From an uncultured Candidatus Pelagibacter sp. (lineage in GTDB: Bacteria > Pseudomonadota > Alphaproteobacteria > Pelagibacterales > Pelagibacteraceae), in assembly GCA_905620465.1 (NCBI GenBank), contig CAJQTO010000020.1:6275-70274 (forward strand): a DNA stretch of 64,000 nucleotides. Reading direction: 5' to 3'. The translations under genes and the position numbers were made by a program. Numbering within the stretch: the stretch's first letter is position 1; every line of letters begins with the position of its first letter. The notes beneath the pieces were generated by a model, which had not been told where the DNA came from, made no database searches, and was given only the letters and a program-made list of their open reading frames with translations. Positions 48,889 through 59,214 of this stretch are shown here, in pieces.

Positions 48889-49743
48889 ATGGAAGTAGCA
48901 ACAAAAATAGCACCAATTGCTCTAGCACTTATAATGCTTGGGCTTGGAATGAGTTTAACTATTCAAGATTTTTTGAGAGTAATTAAGGTCCCAAAAGATT
49001 TTTTAGTTGGATTTATTTGTCAATTAATTTTACTTCCAATCATTGCATTTACCTTAATAAAATTATTAAACACACCAGCAGAGCTAGCAATTGGAGTAAT
49101 GCTTATTGCAGCAGCACCTGGTGGTGTCACATCAAATATACTCACAAAATTTGCTAAGGGTGATGTTGCACTTTCAATAACACTAACTGCAATTATTAGT
49201 TTAATTAGCATTATATCGGTTCCATTTATTATATTTAATTCAATTGAATTTTTTGAAATTGATAATATTTCAAAAGATATCTCTATGTTAGGAATTGCTT
49301 TAAAAATGTTTTTTGTTGTTACAGTGCCAGTAATAATTGGAATGATAATTAAAAAATATGCAAATAATTTTATCATTAATAAATCTTTAATAATTCAAAG
49401 AATATCAATTTTCTTATTTGTGTTAGTGTTTATTGCTATCTATATTGAAGAATGGGATAACATTGCCAGCTTTATAGCACGTGCAGGATTAATTGCTTTA
49501 ATATTAAATATAACAATGATGGTTGTAGGTTTTTATGCAGCTAAATTTTTTGCATCTGGTGTCGCACAACAAAGATGTATCTCATTAGAGTGTGGACTTC
49601 AAAATGGAACCCTAGCAGCTTTTGTTGGAACACAAATTTTTGATGGAAGTTCAATGGTTTTTATTGTGCCAGCCGCCGCTTATGCATTAGTGATGATGAT
49701 AACTTCCATATTTTTTGTATTTTTTATTAACAAAAATACTTAA
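48889..49743 (+). CDS. Bile acid:Na+ symporter (BASS) family transporter
   Basis: IMLGLG, PGGVTSN, AKGDVALS, ECGLQN. Confidence 0.9.
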   Translation: MEVATKIAPIALALIMLGLGMSLTIQDFLRVIKVPKDFLVGFICQLILLPIIAFTLIKLLNTPAELAIGVMLIAAAPGGVTSNILTKFAKGDVALSITLTAIISLISIISVPFIIFNSIEFFEIDNISKDISMLGIALKMFFVVTVPVIIGMIIKKYANNFIINKSLIIQRISIFLFVLVFIAIYIEEWDNIASFIARAGLIALILNITMMVVGFYAAKFFASGVAQQRCISLECGLQNGTLAAFVGTQIFDGSSMVFIVPAAAYALVMMITSIFFVFFINKNT

Positions 49744-49758
49744 AAATTTATTATTAAA

Positions 49759-50715
49759 TTATAATATTGCTAAATTAAAAATTTTAGTAGCAAAAATTGA
49801 CAATCTAGTGAGCACAACCTCTTGTAACGGAGCAAGTTTTTTTGTGAAAATACCTGTCAATTTGTAATGTTTTTTATCATCAATAGATAAGTTTTTAAAT
49901 ATAACTAATTTTTTTAATTTTCTAACAACTGTAGCTCTTGGTATGCCTGTAATATCAGAAATTGACATTGCACTAATTCCTGACATTTTGTCGTTTGTAT
50001 AAAGTGATTTGATAAATTCTAATCTACTCATGTTACTTATTTCTTTTTTTGGCATGTTTAAATGTTGATTGACAACACATGCACCAAAAATGTGAAAAGT
50101 TTCTATATCATTAAAGTTTTTTTTATAATTAAGCAGCATTGGTATTTGCATTTCATAAAAAAGTTTCCATATATATGAAAAATTTTTTTTGATAATCTTC
50201 TCTAATTCTATTGCCGATAATGGTTTTAGTAAAATTTTTTCTTCTGATAATAGTTTTGATAATAAAGATAGAAAACTACTAATTCTTGTTACAGAGTTTA
50301 TTGGTTTTACAAATGAAAATGCAGTCCTTTCTATTATAATTTTTTTTTTATCTTTTTTAATAATGCCATTTTTTTCAAGTTCTACAAGTTTTCTTCTTGT
50401 TGACTCTTTTGGAATATTAAGGTCATTTGATATGTCACTTATATTAAATTTTTCTAAAGTAATAGTTGATCTTAAAAAATAATCTTCATAATTTAACTTG
50501 ATAAAATTTCTAGAATAAAAATCTAATGTTTTATTTAATAGATGAATAATAATTAAAAATTTGTCATGATCTTTAAAGGATTTGTAAATACCATTGAACC
50601 ATTCCATTTGGAAAATTGTCCATTGTGGACCAATTTGCGAATACCTATCTATAAATACCCTCAATATATCTTGATGATAAATTTGTTTGGATATATCAGG
50701 GATATTTATTTTCAT
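49759..50715 (-). CDS. Hypothetical protein with two winged-HTH-like repeats (putative regulator)
   Basis: ISDISNDLNIPKESTRRKLVELEKNGII and AMSISDITGIPRATVVRKLKKLV. Confidence 0.7.
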   Translation of the reverse strand: MKINIPDISKQIYHQDILRVFIDRYSQIGPQWTIFQMEWFNGIYKSFKDHDKFLIIIHLLNKTLDFYSRNFIKLNYEDYFLRSTITLEKFNISDISNDLNIPKESTRRKLVELEKNGIIKKDKKKIIIERTAFSFVKPINSVTRISSFLSLLSKLLSEEKILLKPLSAIELEKIIKKNFSYIWKLFYEMQIPMLLNYKKNFNDIETFHIFGACVVNQHLNMPKKEISNMSRLEFIKSLYTNDKMSGISAMSISDITGIPRATVVRKLKKLVIFKNLSIDDKKHYKLTGIFTKKLAPLQEVVLTRLSIFATKIFNLAIL

Positions 50716-50842
50716 TTAATCTTTACAGTAAAATGCTATGTAAACCCAAAATGAACATATAATAGGCCAATGTCAAGTTACTTAACCCAATATGGCTAAC
50801 AAACATATTGTTAATTTTAAACATGGATGATTAAATAATAAT

Positions 50843-51058
50843 ATGAGTTCAGAACAAGTCGATATAAATCATTTAAAAACCCAAAACATAAATGATGTTG
50901 ATATTACACCTGATATTGAAATTAAACCTAGAGTAGATATTAATTTACTTCTTTCTAAAGTTAGAGCAGAAAAAAGAAAAGAAAACAAATTAAATTATGT
51001 TTTTTTTGTTATGGCTAGTGCTGTTATTTTAATCATGGGAATAATTATTTCATTATAA
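50843..51058 (+). CDS. Small hypothetical membrane-anchored protein
   Basis: ORF with VDINLLL..VR and a C-terminal TM helix; fills the intergenic space. Confidence 0.6.
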   Translation: MSSEQVDINHLKTQNINDVDITPDIEIKPRVDINLLLSKVRAEKRKENKLNYVFFVMASAVILIMGIIISL

Positions 51059-51083
51059 AAATCACAACATTTTCTTTTTGCAA

Positions 51084-51458
51084 CTAAGAAAGATCAATAG
51101 CATATTTTTTTAACGATTCTATCGAAATAAGTTTTAAGGTTTTTTCGTGAGTTCTTTTTAAATAAATTGGACAACCTTTTCCAGCTTCTACAGCTTTAGC
51201 ATAAGAACTTGCGCAAACGCACCAACCATCTCCATCTTTTAAACCGGGAAAGCCATTTTCTGGATGCGGTGTGATTAAATCATTACCATCTTTTTTGCAC
51301 CACTCTAAAAATTCTGTAGTCACTTTTGCACATACTGTGTGTATACCATGATCATTTTCATCTGTATTACAGCATCCGTCTCGATACCATCCTGTTAATG
51401 GATTATTAGAACATTCTTCCAAATCTTCACCTAGTACATTTTTTTGTATATTACTCAT
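51084..51458 (-). CDS. DUF2237 family protein
   Basis: NVLG..L..C..P.TGWYRDGCC, H.VCA, GNDL.TP, FPGLK.GD.WC.CA. Confidence 0.88.
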   Translation of the reverse strand: MSNIQKNVLGEDLEECSNNPLTGWYRDGCCNTDENDHGIHTVCAKVTTEFLEWCKKDGNDLITPHPENGFPGLKDGDGWCVCASSYAKAVEAGKGCPIYLKRTHEKTLKLISIESLKKYAIDLS

Positions 51459-51946
51459 TAAATTTTTGTAGGATTAGTTTGTCCTTTATAAACAATTTTA
51501 GGATCAAAGGTTTTTTCTTTTTCTTCAAATTTCATTTCGATTTTTCTTGCATTTTCAATTGGACCAAGTGGTATTGACCTGTAAAAACAAGATCTGTAAC
51601 CAACGTGACAACTAGCACCACTACCAATATCAACTATTAACCATACAGAATCTTGATCATCATCAATTCTTATTTCTAAAATTTTTTGTGTAAATCCGCT
51701 GGTTTTACCTTTGTGCCAAATTTGTTTTCTAGACCTACTAAAATAATGTGCTTCTTTAGTTTCAATAGTTTTTTGGAATGCCTCAACATTCATGTAGCCG
51801 TGCATTAGAATATCTCTAGTTTTTGAGCACATTGTGATAACTGGAATTAATCCATCATTATCAAATTTAGGAGATAATAAATTTCCCTCCTCTATTTCAG
51901 TAATATTTTCTCTCTTTTTAAACATAATTATGTAATTATGTAGCAT
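51458..51946 (-). CDS. hisI: Phosphoribosyl-AMP cyclohydrolase
   Basis: GLIPVI, YFSRSR..IW.KG.TSG, IDDDQD, SCHVGYRSCFY. Confidence 0.95.
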   Translation of the reverse strand: MLHNYIIMFKKRENITEIEEGNLLSPKFDNDGLIPVITMCSKTRDILMHGYMNVEAFQKTIETKEAHYFSRSRKQIWHKGKTSGFTQKILEIRIDDDQDSVWLIVDIGSGASCHVGYRSCFYRSIPLGPIENARKIEMKFEEKEKTFDPKIVYKGQTNPTKI

Positions 51947-52002
51947 ATAAATTAATATAATAAATATTTTAAAAACAAGAATTTACTGTATAAACTCCCT
52001 TT

Positions 52003-52611
52003 ATGAAATTAGTAAAAGACCTAAATAACAAAACTATAAATGTTAATAAAGTTTCAGACTTAGAAGCTGAAGAAGCATTTAAAACTATATTAACTTGGTT
52101 AGGGGAAGATCCTAGCAGAGAAGGTTTATTAGAAACTCCAAAAAGAGTTGTTAAAGCTTTTAAAGAATATTTTTGTGGCTACACACAAGATGCTGGACAG
52201 ATTTTAGAAAAAACATTTGGTGATGTTGAGGGATATGATGACATGGTTGTTGAAAAAAATATTTCATTTACTAGCCATTGTGAACATCACATGGCTCCAA
52301 TGGTTGGAACGGCTCATGTTGCTTATATTCCAAATAAAAGAGTTGTTGGTTTAAGTAAATTAGCAAGAGTAGTTGAAGTTTTTTCAAAAAGACTGCAAAC
52401 ACAAGAAAGGTTAACAATGCAAGTTGCTCAAGCACTAATGACCTCATTGGATGCAAAAGGAGTTGCTGTTACAATTGATGCTGCACATCAATGTATGACC
52501 ATGAGAGGTATCAAAAAAGAAAATGCCACAACAGTTACGAATTATTTTTTAGGGCAATTTAAAGTAGATTTAGGGATACAGAATAGATATTTAAGATTTA
52601 TTAGTAAATAA
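52003..52611 (+). CDS. folE: GTP cyclohydrolase I
   Basis: REGLLETPKRV, SHCEHH, GLSKLAR, RLQTQERL, HQCMTMRG. Confidence 0.97.
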   Translation: MKLVKDLNNKTINVNKVSDLEAEEAFKTILTWLGEDPSREGLLETPKRVVKAFKEYFCGYTQDAGQILEKTFGDVEGYDDMVVEKNISFTSHCEHHMAPMVGTAHVAYIPNKRVVGLSKLARVVEVFSKRLQTQERLTMQVAQALMTSLDAKGVAVTIDAAHQCMTMRGIKKENATTVTNYFLGQFKVDLGIQNRYLRFISK

Positions 52612-52615
52612 TCTC

Positions 52616-53617
52616 GTGCTAGATAATTTTAAAGCTTTAATATTAAATCAACAAGGTGAAAATTTTAGTAGAGAAGTTAAGTCTATTAGTAAAAGCTTTT
52701 TAAAACATGGAGATGTAGTTGTTAAAGTAGATTATTCAGATTTAAATTATAAAGACGCACTTATTTTGAATAATGGTGCAAAGTTAGTAAAAGAATTTCC
52801 TCATATACCAGGTATTGATTTTTCAGGTACAGTTTTAGAAAGTGAAAGCCCTAAATTTAAAAAAGACGATGAAGTGATACTTACAGGATGGAGAGTTGGA
52901 GAAATTTACTTCGGTGGTTATTCTCAGCTAGCAAAAGTTAATAGTGATTATTTAGTTAAAAAACCAAAAAATATTTCATCGAAACAAGCAATGATTCTAG
53001 GCACTGCTGGATTAACAGCTTTATTATGTTCTTTTGCAATTAAGGCTAGAGAAGAAATTTTATTAGGTGAAAAAATAAAAGACGTTTTAGTTACAGGAGC
53101 CTCAGGTGGAGTTGGAAGTATTGCAGTTATGATCTTGAGTAAATTTGGATACGATGTAACTGCGGTCACTGGCAAAGTAGAAAATGAAAAATATTTAAAG
53201 TCACTAGGTGCTAAAAATATTATAAATAAAGCAGATTTAGATAAAGATCCAAGGCCGTTAGATAAAGGACTGTGGGATGGAGTTGTTGATACAGTTGGTG
53301 GAAAAATACTTGCAAATGCACTTTCCCAAACTAGAGACAATGGAATTGTTGCTGCATGTGGAAATGCATCAGATTATAAATTACACACAACAGTAATGCC
53401 CTTTATTATTAGAGGAGTTAAGCTTTGGGGTATTAACTCTGTTACAGCATCGATAAAAAGGAGAGAGTTTGTTTGGAATGAAGTAAAAAATCTTATTGAT
53501 TTCGATAAACTTGAACAATCAATTAAAACAATAAATTTAGAAGAGTTATTAGACATATATCCTAAAATGCTTAAAGGAGAAACTTCAGGACGATATATTA
53601 TTGATCTGAATAAATAA
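52616..53617 (+). CDS. acuI: Acryloyl-CoA reductase AcuI/YhdH (MDR family)
   Basis: LNYKDAL, PGIDFSG, GTAGLTA, VTGASGGVGS, DTVGG, TVMPFIIRGV.L.GI.S. Confidence 0.88.
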   Translation: MLDNFKALILNQQGENFSREVKSISKSFLKHGDVVVKVDYSDLNYKDALILNNGAKLVKEFPHIPGIDFSGTVLESESPKFKKDDEVILTGWRVGEIYFGGYSQLAKVNSDYLVKKPKNISSKQAMILGTAGLTALLCSFAIKAREEILLGEKIKDVLVTGASGGVGSIAVMILSKFGYDVTAVTGKVENEKYLKSLGAKNIINKADLDKDPRPLDKGLWDGVVDTVGGKILANALSQTRDNGIVAACGNASDYKLHTTVMPFIIRGVKLWGINSVTASIKRREFVWNEVKNLIDFDKLEQSIKTINLEELLDIYPKMLKGETSGRYIIDLNK

Positions 53618-54505
53618 ATGGACTGGGATAAATTAAAAATCTTTCACGCCGTTGCTGAAGCAGGTAGTTTTACTAACGCTACAATAAATTTAAATCTAAG
53701 CCAATCGGCAATAAGTAGACAGATCCAATCATTAGAAAAAGATTTAAAAGTTCAACTTTTTGAGAGGCATGCAAGAGGTTTAACTTTAACAGAAAATGGA
53801 GAATATGTTTTTAAAACTGCTCATGAAGTCATTAGTAAACTTAAAGAGGTTGAAACTTCTTTGGGAGATCAAAAAAATAAACCATCTGGAAAACTTACAA
53901 TTACAACAGTGAGAAGTTTTGGAACTCACTGGTTAACACCAAGAATCCAAGAGTTTATGTCGTTAAACCCAGAAATAGAAATAGAATTAATCTTTGATGA
54001 TAAAGAATTAGATCTTAGTACAAGACAAGCAGACATAGGTATTTTTATGAGAAGACCTAAGAAACTTAATTATATTCAAAAAAAATTAATAGATATTAAA
54101 TATTATATTTACGGTTCTAATAAATATTTAGAAAAATATGGAATGCCAAAAACAATTGTAGATTTAAACAAACATAGATTTATTTCATTTGGAAAAGGAG
54201 CACCTTCTCCAGTTTATAATCCTGATTGGGCATTAAAACTTGGAAACAAAGATGGAAAAAAAAGACAATCAGTAATGAAAGTTAATAGTGTTATGGGGTT
54301 ATTATTAGCAGTCGAAACTGGTGTGGGGTTAGCAGCATTACCAGAATACCTTGTTTCAAATTCCAATAACTTGATTAAAGTTCTGCCAAGTTCTGAAGGA
54401 CCAATAACCGAAGCTCACTTTGTTTACCCTCAATCATTAAAAAATACAGCTCGTATAACAGCCTTTAGAAACTTTCTTTTTAGTAAAATTGGTGATTGGA
54501 AATAA
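53618..54505 (+). CDS. LysR-family transcriptional regulator
   Basis: MDWDKLKIFHAVAEAGSFT...L.LSQSAISRQI..LE, LFERHARG. Confidence 0.95.
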   Translation: MDWDKLKIFHAVAEAGSFTNATINLNLSQSAISRQIQSLEKDLKVQLFERHARGLTLTENGEYVFKTAHEVISKLKEVETSLGDQKNKPSGKLTITTVRSFGTHWLTPRIQEFMSLNPEIEIELIFDDKELDLSTRQADIGIFMRRPKKLNYIQKKLIDIKYYIYGSNKYLEKYGMPKTIVDLNKHRFISFGKGAPSPVYNPDWALKLGNKDGKKRQSVMKVNSVMGLLLAVETGVGLAALPEYLVSNSNNLIKVLPSSEGPITEAHFVYPQSLKNTARITAFRNFLFSKIGDWK

Positions 54506-54508
54506 ATT

Positions 54509-55942
54509 TTAATTATTTTTATCGTTAACATAAATAGAAACACCTCTTGAGTTAATATCTACATCAAATTTTTTATGAAGTGGTGGAAATGCCCTTTGTG
54601 AACAATCTAATCTGTCACAAGTTCTACAAGATACGCCAATTGGAATTTCTGTTTTTTTATCAGTAATATCTAAATTTTCCGTATAAACGAATTCTTTTGC
54701 ATATTTGGCTTCACAACCAAGTCCAATAGATAAAATACTTTTTGACAAACCATATCTTCCAACACCTTTTTCAACTGTTCGAGCTATACAAACATATTTT
54801 TCACCGTTAGTCATTTTACTTACAGCAGCCTGAATAACACCAGGTCTTGTAAAAGCGGAGTAAACATTCCACCTAGGGCAAGCACCACCATACCTCGGTA
54901 TTTCTATACCTGATAAAGAAAATCTTTTTGAAATATTTCCAGCAATGTCTGTTCTTAACATATGAAAAGGTATTCCTGGCAATTTAGGATCTTGGAGGCA
55001 AGTAACTCTATGAGCAACCTGCTCAAAAGATGTTGCAAATCTATTTTGTAAAAGTTCTAAATCATATTTTAATTTTTTACACTCAGAATGAAATAATTTA
55101 TAAGGCATTAAAATTGCTGCAGCACAATAATTTAATAACGCAACTTGTGTTAATTTTTTTGACTCATCTGAGGGAAAGTTAAAATTAGATAAATATTTAT
55201 TAATTTCTTTTATTGCACCTTCTTGAGCTATTTGAGATGCAGCATGTAATTTTTTAGTTTCTAAAGTATTATAGTCACTTAACAAAAGTTCTTTTTTATT
55301 TTTATTATAAATCTTGGAGAAAGGTTTTTTTTCTTCTGGTATTACATCTTTAACTACTATTGAATATTCTGATTCTAGATAATCACATAAAGCAATATAC
55401 CTAGTTCTATTATTTTTTTGTACTTTGTTAAATATTTGATTTGCAAACTCTTCAAGTTTAGGAAAGTAATTTTTATTTTCTTGTAAAAAATCTGAAATTA
55501 CCTCACCCGGGAAAGCTGCTTTTCTTTTATCAATTATTTTCCCTGATAAATTTTCAACTTTGTTAATCAGTTCATGATCTTTTTGTTTAAAATTATCTCC
55601 TAGTTTAATTAATGCTCTGGCAATTTTTGGATTAGTATTAACTAAATCTTGAACCTCTGGTCCAAGAATATCTAAATCTTCAAATAATTGATCATCTAAA
55701 AGTTCTGAAATATTATTTGCTAAGTTGATATCTGACTTAGTTGTTAAATCTGATAACTGAATTTTTAATTTTTCACATACCTTAAGGAGTAGATCACCAT
55801 CAATCTTTCTTTTACCACCTTCAATTAAATTTAAATAACTTGGAGAAATTCCAAGCTCTTCAGCTAATTTGTTTGCCTGTAAACCCAATTGTCTTCTAAA
55901 AGCCTTTATTTTTGGACCAATTTTTAAATCTAATTGACTCAT
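54509..55942 (-). CDS. RamB/PccR/ScfR-family (short-chain acyl-CoA) XRE regulator
   Basis: N-terminal XRE HTH (LGISPSYLNLIE.GKR), NY.AAA.LMPY, SFEQVAHR, D.AGNISKR, C-terminal IGVSCR.C.R.DC.QRA.P; divergent from aceA. Confidence 0.92.
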   Translation of the reverse strand: MSQLDLKIGPKIKAFRRQLGLQANKLAEELGISPSYLNLIEGGKRKIDGDLLLKVCEKLKIQLSDLTTKSDINLANNISELLDDQLFEDLDILGPEVQDLVNTNPKIARALIKLGDNFKQKDHELINKVENLSGKIIDKRKAAFPGEVISDFLQENKNYFPKLEEFANQIFNKVQKNNRTRYIALCDYLESEYSIVVKDVIPEEKKPFSKIYNKNKKELLLSDYNTLETKKLHAASQIAQEGAIKEINKYLSNFNFPSDESKKLTQVALLNYCAAAILMPYKLFHSECKKLKYDLELLQNRFATSFEQVAHRVTCLQDPKLPGIPFHMLRTDIAGNISKRFSLSGIEIPRYGGACPRWNVYSAFTRPGVIQAAVSKMTNGEKYVCIARTVEKGVGRYGLSKSILSIGLGCEAKYAKEFVYTENLDITDKKTEIPIGVSCRTCDRLDCSQRAFPPLHKKFDVDINSRGVSIYVNDKNN

Positions 55943-55950
55943 ATTTTCTA

Positions 55951-56040
55951 TTTGTAAACTTTGTAAATTAAAATTTACACAAAGTTTCTATATTTTACAA
56001 GGATTTTGATGAATTTAATAGATTTTGTAAATTTTGTAAA
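55951..56040. promoter_or_regulatory. Clustered TTTGTAAA repeats, candidate RamB/PccR-family operator
   Basis: TTTGTAAA-N1-TTTGTAAA at 55951-55967 and 56024-56040, inverted TTTACAA at 55994-56000; resembles the TTTGCAAA core known for RamB/PccR. Confidence 0.65.
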
Positions 56041-56053
56041 TTATACATCATGT

Positions 56054-56221
56054 ATGAACAATAAAAACATTAATAAAAATCAAGAAAATCAGTCTCAATT
56101 CACTCAAAAAGAGGATCAGAATCAATATAACCAGTCTGGTATTTACTTGAGAGATGACCATTGTGACTGGGGTTCAAGTGGAATGAATGAATTCACTAAA
56201 GAATATAGTGAAGACAAATAA
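56054..56221 (+). CDS. Small hypothetical protein upstream of aceA
   Basis: In-frame ATG at 56054 downstream of the operator repeats; N/Q-rich N-half, then YLRDDHCDWG. Confidence 0.45.
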   Translation: MNNKNINKNQENQSQFTQKEDQNQYNQSGIYLRDDHCDWGSSGMNEFTKEYSEDK

Positions 56222-56273
56222 GCCACTTAAATACTAATTTTCTTAAAAAAATATAATCTATAAAAACTAAAAT

Positions 56274-57551
56274 ATGAGCTCAGAAGCTAAAGTATCATAC
56301 GACTTAAAAAGATTTGCAGGTATTAAAAGAGATTATACCTCTAAAGAAGTTGAGAGACTTAGAGGGTCAATAAAAATAGAATATTCGATGTGCAAACATC
56401 AATCTAAAAAATTATGGGAATTATTAAACTCAGAACCATATATAAATACTCTAGGTTCATTATCTGGAAACCACGCTATACAACATGCAAAAGCAGGATT
56501 AAAAGCAATTTATTTAAGTGGATGGCAAGTAGCTGCAGACGCTAACACTGCTGGTGAAATGTATCCTGATCAATCTTTATATCCATACGATAGTGCTCCA
56601 AAATTAGTTGAGTCGATGAACAATGCTTTAGTTAGAGCTGACCAAATTCAACATATGGAAATTAGTGATGGTGATATGCAATCAAAAGATAGGACAGACT
56701 ATATGCTTCCAATCATTGCAGATGGTGAAGCAGGATTTGGTGGACCATTAAATGTTTTTGAATTAACAAAAAAATTTATTAAAGCAGGTGCTGCTGGAGT
56801 TCATTTTGAAGATCAATTAGCTAGTGAAAAAAAATGTGGGCACATGGGCGGAAAAGTTTTAGTTCCAACAGGCACTATGATTAAAAATTTAAAAGCTGCA
56901 AGATTAGCTGCTGATATTGCTGATGTACCATTAATAATTTTAGCAAGAACAGATGCAAATGCTGCAAAATTAATTACTAACGATCATGATGAAAATGATA
57001 AACCATTCTTAACAGGCAAAAGATCACCAGAAGGTTTTTATTATGTTAAACAAGGAATTGAACAAGCTATCTCAAGAGGTTTGGCTTATGCGCCTTATTC
57101 AGATTTAATCTGGTGCGAAACAGCCACACCCAATCTTGAAGAAGCTAAAAAGTTTGCAGATGCAATACATGAAAAATTTCCTGGTAAGTTATTAGCTTAC
57201 AATTGTTCTCCCTCTTTTAATTGGAAGAAACATTTATCAGATGCTGAGATTGCAACTTTCCAACAAAAAATTAGCGAAATGGGTTATAAATTTCAATTCA
57301 TTACGCTTGCAGGTTTTCACACACAAAATATTGCAATTTTTGAACTTGCTGAAAAATATAAAACTGAAGGAATGACTGCGTATTCTAAAATTCAAGAACT
57401 TGAATTTGCTAGAGAGAAGGATGGGTATACAAGTGTTAAGCACCAACGAGAAGTTGGAACCTCTTATTTTGATGCAGTTTCAAATACTATAAGTGGTGGA
57501 AAAAGTTCTACAACTGCAATGGAAGGCTCAACAGAGTCTGAGCAATTTTAA
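56274..57551 (+). CDS. aceA: Isocitrate lyase
   Basis: [29 protein letters not shown] signature, [11 protein letters not shown]. Confidence 0.98.
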   Translation: MSSEAKVSYDLKRFAGIKRDYTSKEVERLRGSIKIEYSMCKHQSKKLWELLNSEPYINTLGSLSGNHAIQHAKAGLKAIYLSGWQVAADANTAGEMYPDQSLYPYDSAPKLVESMNNALVRADQIQHMEISDGDMQSKDRTDYMLPIIADGEAGFGGPLNVFELTKKFIKAGAAGVHFEDQLASEKKCGHMGGKVLVPTGTMIKNLKAARLAADIADVPLIILARTDANAAKLITNDHDENDKPFLTGKRSPEGFYYVKQGIEQAISRGLAYAPYSDLIWCETATPNLEEAKKFADAIHEKFPGKLLAYNCSPSFNWKKHLSDAEIATFQQKISEMGYKFQFITLAGFHTQNIAIFELAEKYKTEGMTAYSKIQELEFAREKDGYTSVKHQREVGTSYFDAVSNTISGGKSSTTAMEGSTESEQF

Positions 57552-57592
57552 TTAGTCTTTAACACACCCTCTAAATATGATTAAATATTTAG

Positions 57593-57886
57593 ATGTTTAT
57601 AAGTAGTTTCTTTTTAATCATTCTTTATATTTCTCACAGATATATTGTTGCTTGGATAAAATTTTACAATAATTCAGATAAACGTTTTGGTAGCTCTATT
57701 TGGCGTTGGACATATGACTATAAAGTAGTCGGAGACAGAGATATTTCAGATCTAGATGATAAGCCTTTTGTAAGAAAAAGAAGAATTAGAAACCGCACAG
57801 TCACATACATGTATTGTAATTTTTTCGTTGGATTTGTTATACTGATGTCTTTTATAAGCAATCTTCTTATATTAATTTTACAGTAA
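57593..57886 (+). CDS. Small hypothetical membrane protein
   Basis: Two hydrophobic segments flanking WRWTYDY..GDRDISDLDD. Confidence 0.55.
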   Translation: MFISSFFLIILYISHRYIVAWIKFYNNSDKRFGSSIWRWTYDYKVVGDRDISDLDDKPFVRKRRIRNRTVTYMYCNFFVGFVILMSFISNLLILILQ

Positions 57887-57911
57887 TTAATTCTGTATAG
57901 TGCGACACTAA

Positions 57912-57932
57912 TGCGATTGATAATCATTCGCA
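57912..57932. promoter_or_regulatory. Fur-type iron box upstream of the Fe3+ SBP
   Basis: Near-perfect palindrome TGCGATTGATAATCATTCGCA containing GATAATCATT, ~50 nt upstream of the start codon. Confidence 0.7.
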
Positions 57933-57984
57933 ATGGAAATAATAAGCATTCTAATTTAATTAAATCAATATATAGGAAATAATA

Positions 57985-59004
57985 ATGAAAAAATTTACAA
58001 TTATTGCATTTTTTATAGCTTTTTTTGCAAACATGACGTTTGCAGCTGAAGTTAACGTGTTCAGTGCAAGACATTACGATTCTGATATTCAACTTTACGA
58101 AAAATTTACAACTAAAACTGGAATTAAAGTAAATGTTGTATCTGGAAAAGATAAAGCTCTTCAAAAAAGAATAACTGAAGAAGGTACTGCTTCAAAAGCC
58201 GACCTTTATATTACTGCTGACGCAGGAAGATTGGGTGCATTCGCTGCAAAAGGAATGTTCCAAAATTCTATGTCTCCAGCAATTAAAGCTGCAGTTCCAT
58301 CAAACTTTAGAACTTCTAAATGGACTGGAATAGCTAAGAGAGCAAGAATTATGTATTACTCACCTGAAAGAGTAAATGCAAATGAACTTAATGGTATGAC
58401 TTACGAAGGTCTTGCTGATCCAAAATGGAAAGGCAGAGTTGTTATAAGAAAATCTAACAATATCTATAACCAATCTCTTGTTGCTTCATTAATTAAAAAT
58501 AATGGAAAAAAAGCGACAGCAGAATGGGCTAAAGGAATTGTTGCTAACATGGCTAGAGATTCTAAAGGAAACGATAGAGCTCAAATTCTAGCAGTAGCAG
58601 CTGGTGAAGCTGATATAGCTGTAGCTAATACTTACTACTTAGCTTTGATGTTATCTGGAAAAAAAGGTCCAGAACAACAAGCAGCAGCTAAAAAAGTTTT
58701 ACCATTCTTTCCTAACCAAGGAGATAGAGGAACTCACATGAACATTAGTGGTGGTGGTGTATTAAAAAATGCTCCAAATAAAGCTAATGCGATTAAACTA
58801 CTTGAGTTTTTATTAACTAAAGAAGCACAAACACATATAGTTAATAATACATTTGAATACCCAATGATTGCAGGTGTTGAGCCTCACGCATTAGTTAAAC
58901 TAATGGGTCTTGGATTTAAACAGGATTTAAAAACAAAAGTAGCAAATTACGGAAAAAACCAAGCTGTAGCATTAGAAGTAATGTTAGCAGCTAAGTGGAA
59001 GTAA
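57985..59004 (+). CDS. fbpA: Fe3+ ABC transporter substrate-binding protein (FutA/FbpA type)
   Basis: VNVFSARHY, D.GRL, YNQSLVAS, GNDRAQ, ANTYY (iron-binding Tyr pair), EYP. Confidence 0.92.
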   Translation: MKKFTIIAFFIAFFANMTFAAEVNVFSARHYDSDIQLYEKFTTKTGIKVNVVSGKDKALQKRITEEGTASKADLYITADAGRLGAFAAKGMFQNSMSPAIKAAVPSNFRTSKWTGIAKRARIMYYSPERVNANELNGMTYEGLADPKWKGRVVIRKSNNIYNQSLVASLIKNNGKKATAEWAKGIVANMARDSKGNDRAQILAVAAGEADIAVANTYYLALMLSGKKGPEQQAAAKKVLPFFPNQGDRGTHMNISGGGVLKNAPNKANAIKLLEFLLTKEAQTHIVNNTFEYPMIAGVEPHALVKLMGLGFKQDLKTKVANYGKNQAVALEVMLAAKWK

Positions 59005-59011
59005 GTAATAA

Positions 59012-59197
59012 GTGAAAAAAAATTTATTTAATATTGATTTAAATAAATCTTCTAATGTATATGGGTCACAATCTCTGAAAGCTTGTGATCCGTGTGCAGC
59101 AGAGTGTGAAAAAATCAATAGAAAAATAAATAACAGAAAGTTATCAGATATTAAAGACGAAGAGGTTGCACATATCCTTTCTCCCTTTAATACATAA
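59012..59197 (+). CDS. Small hypothetical protein with CxxCxxxC
   Basis: GTG start 7 nt after the SBP stop; KACDPCAAECEK. Confidence 0.5.
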   Translation: MKKNLFNIDLNKSSNVYGSQSLKACDPCAAECEKINRKINNRKLSDIKDEEVAHILSPFNT

Positions 59198-59214
59198 TTT
59201 TCTTTTTAATGATT

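Noticed and set aside
56006-56053. 5' extension of the small ORF (TTG start at 56006)
   Set aside because: It overlaps the TTTGTAAA operator repeats, which explain the DFVNFVN translation; the ATG at 56054 is more plausible.
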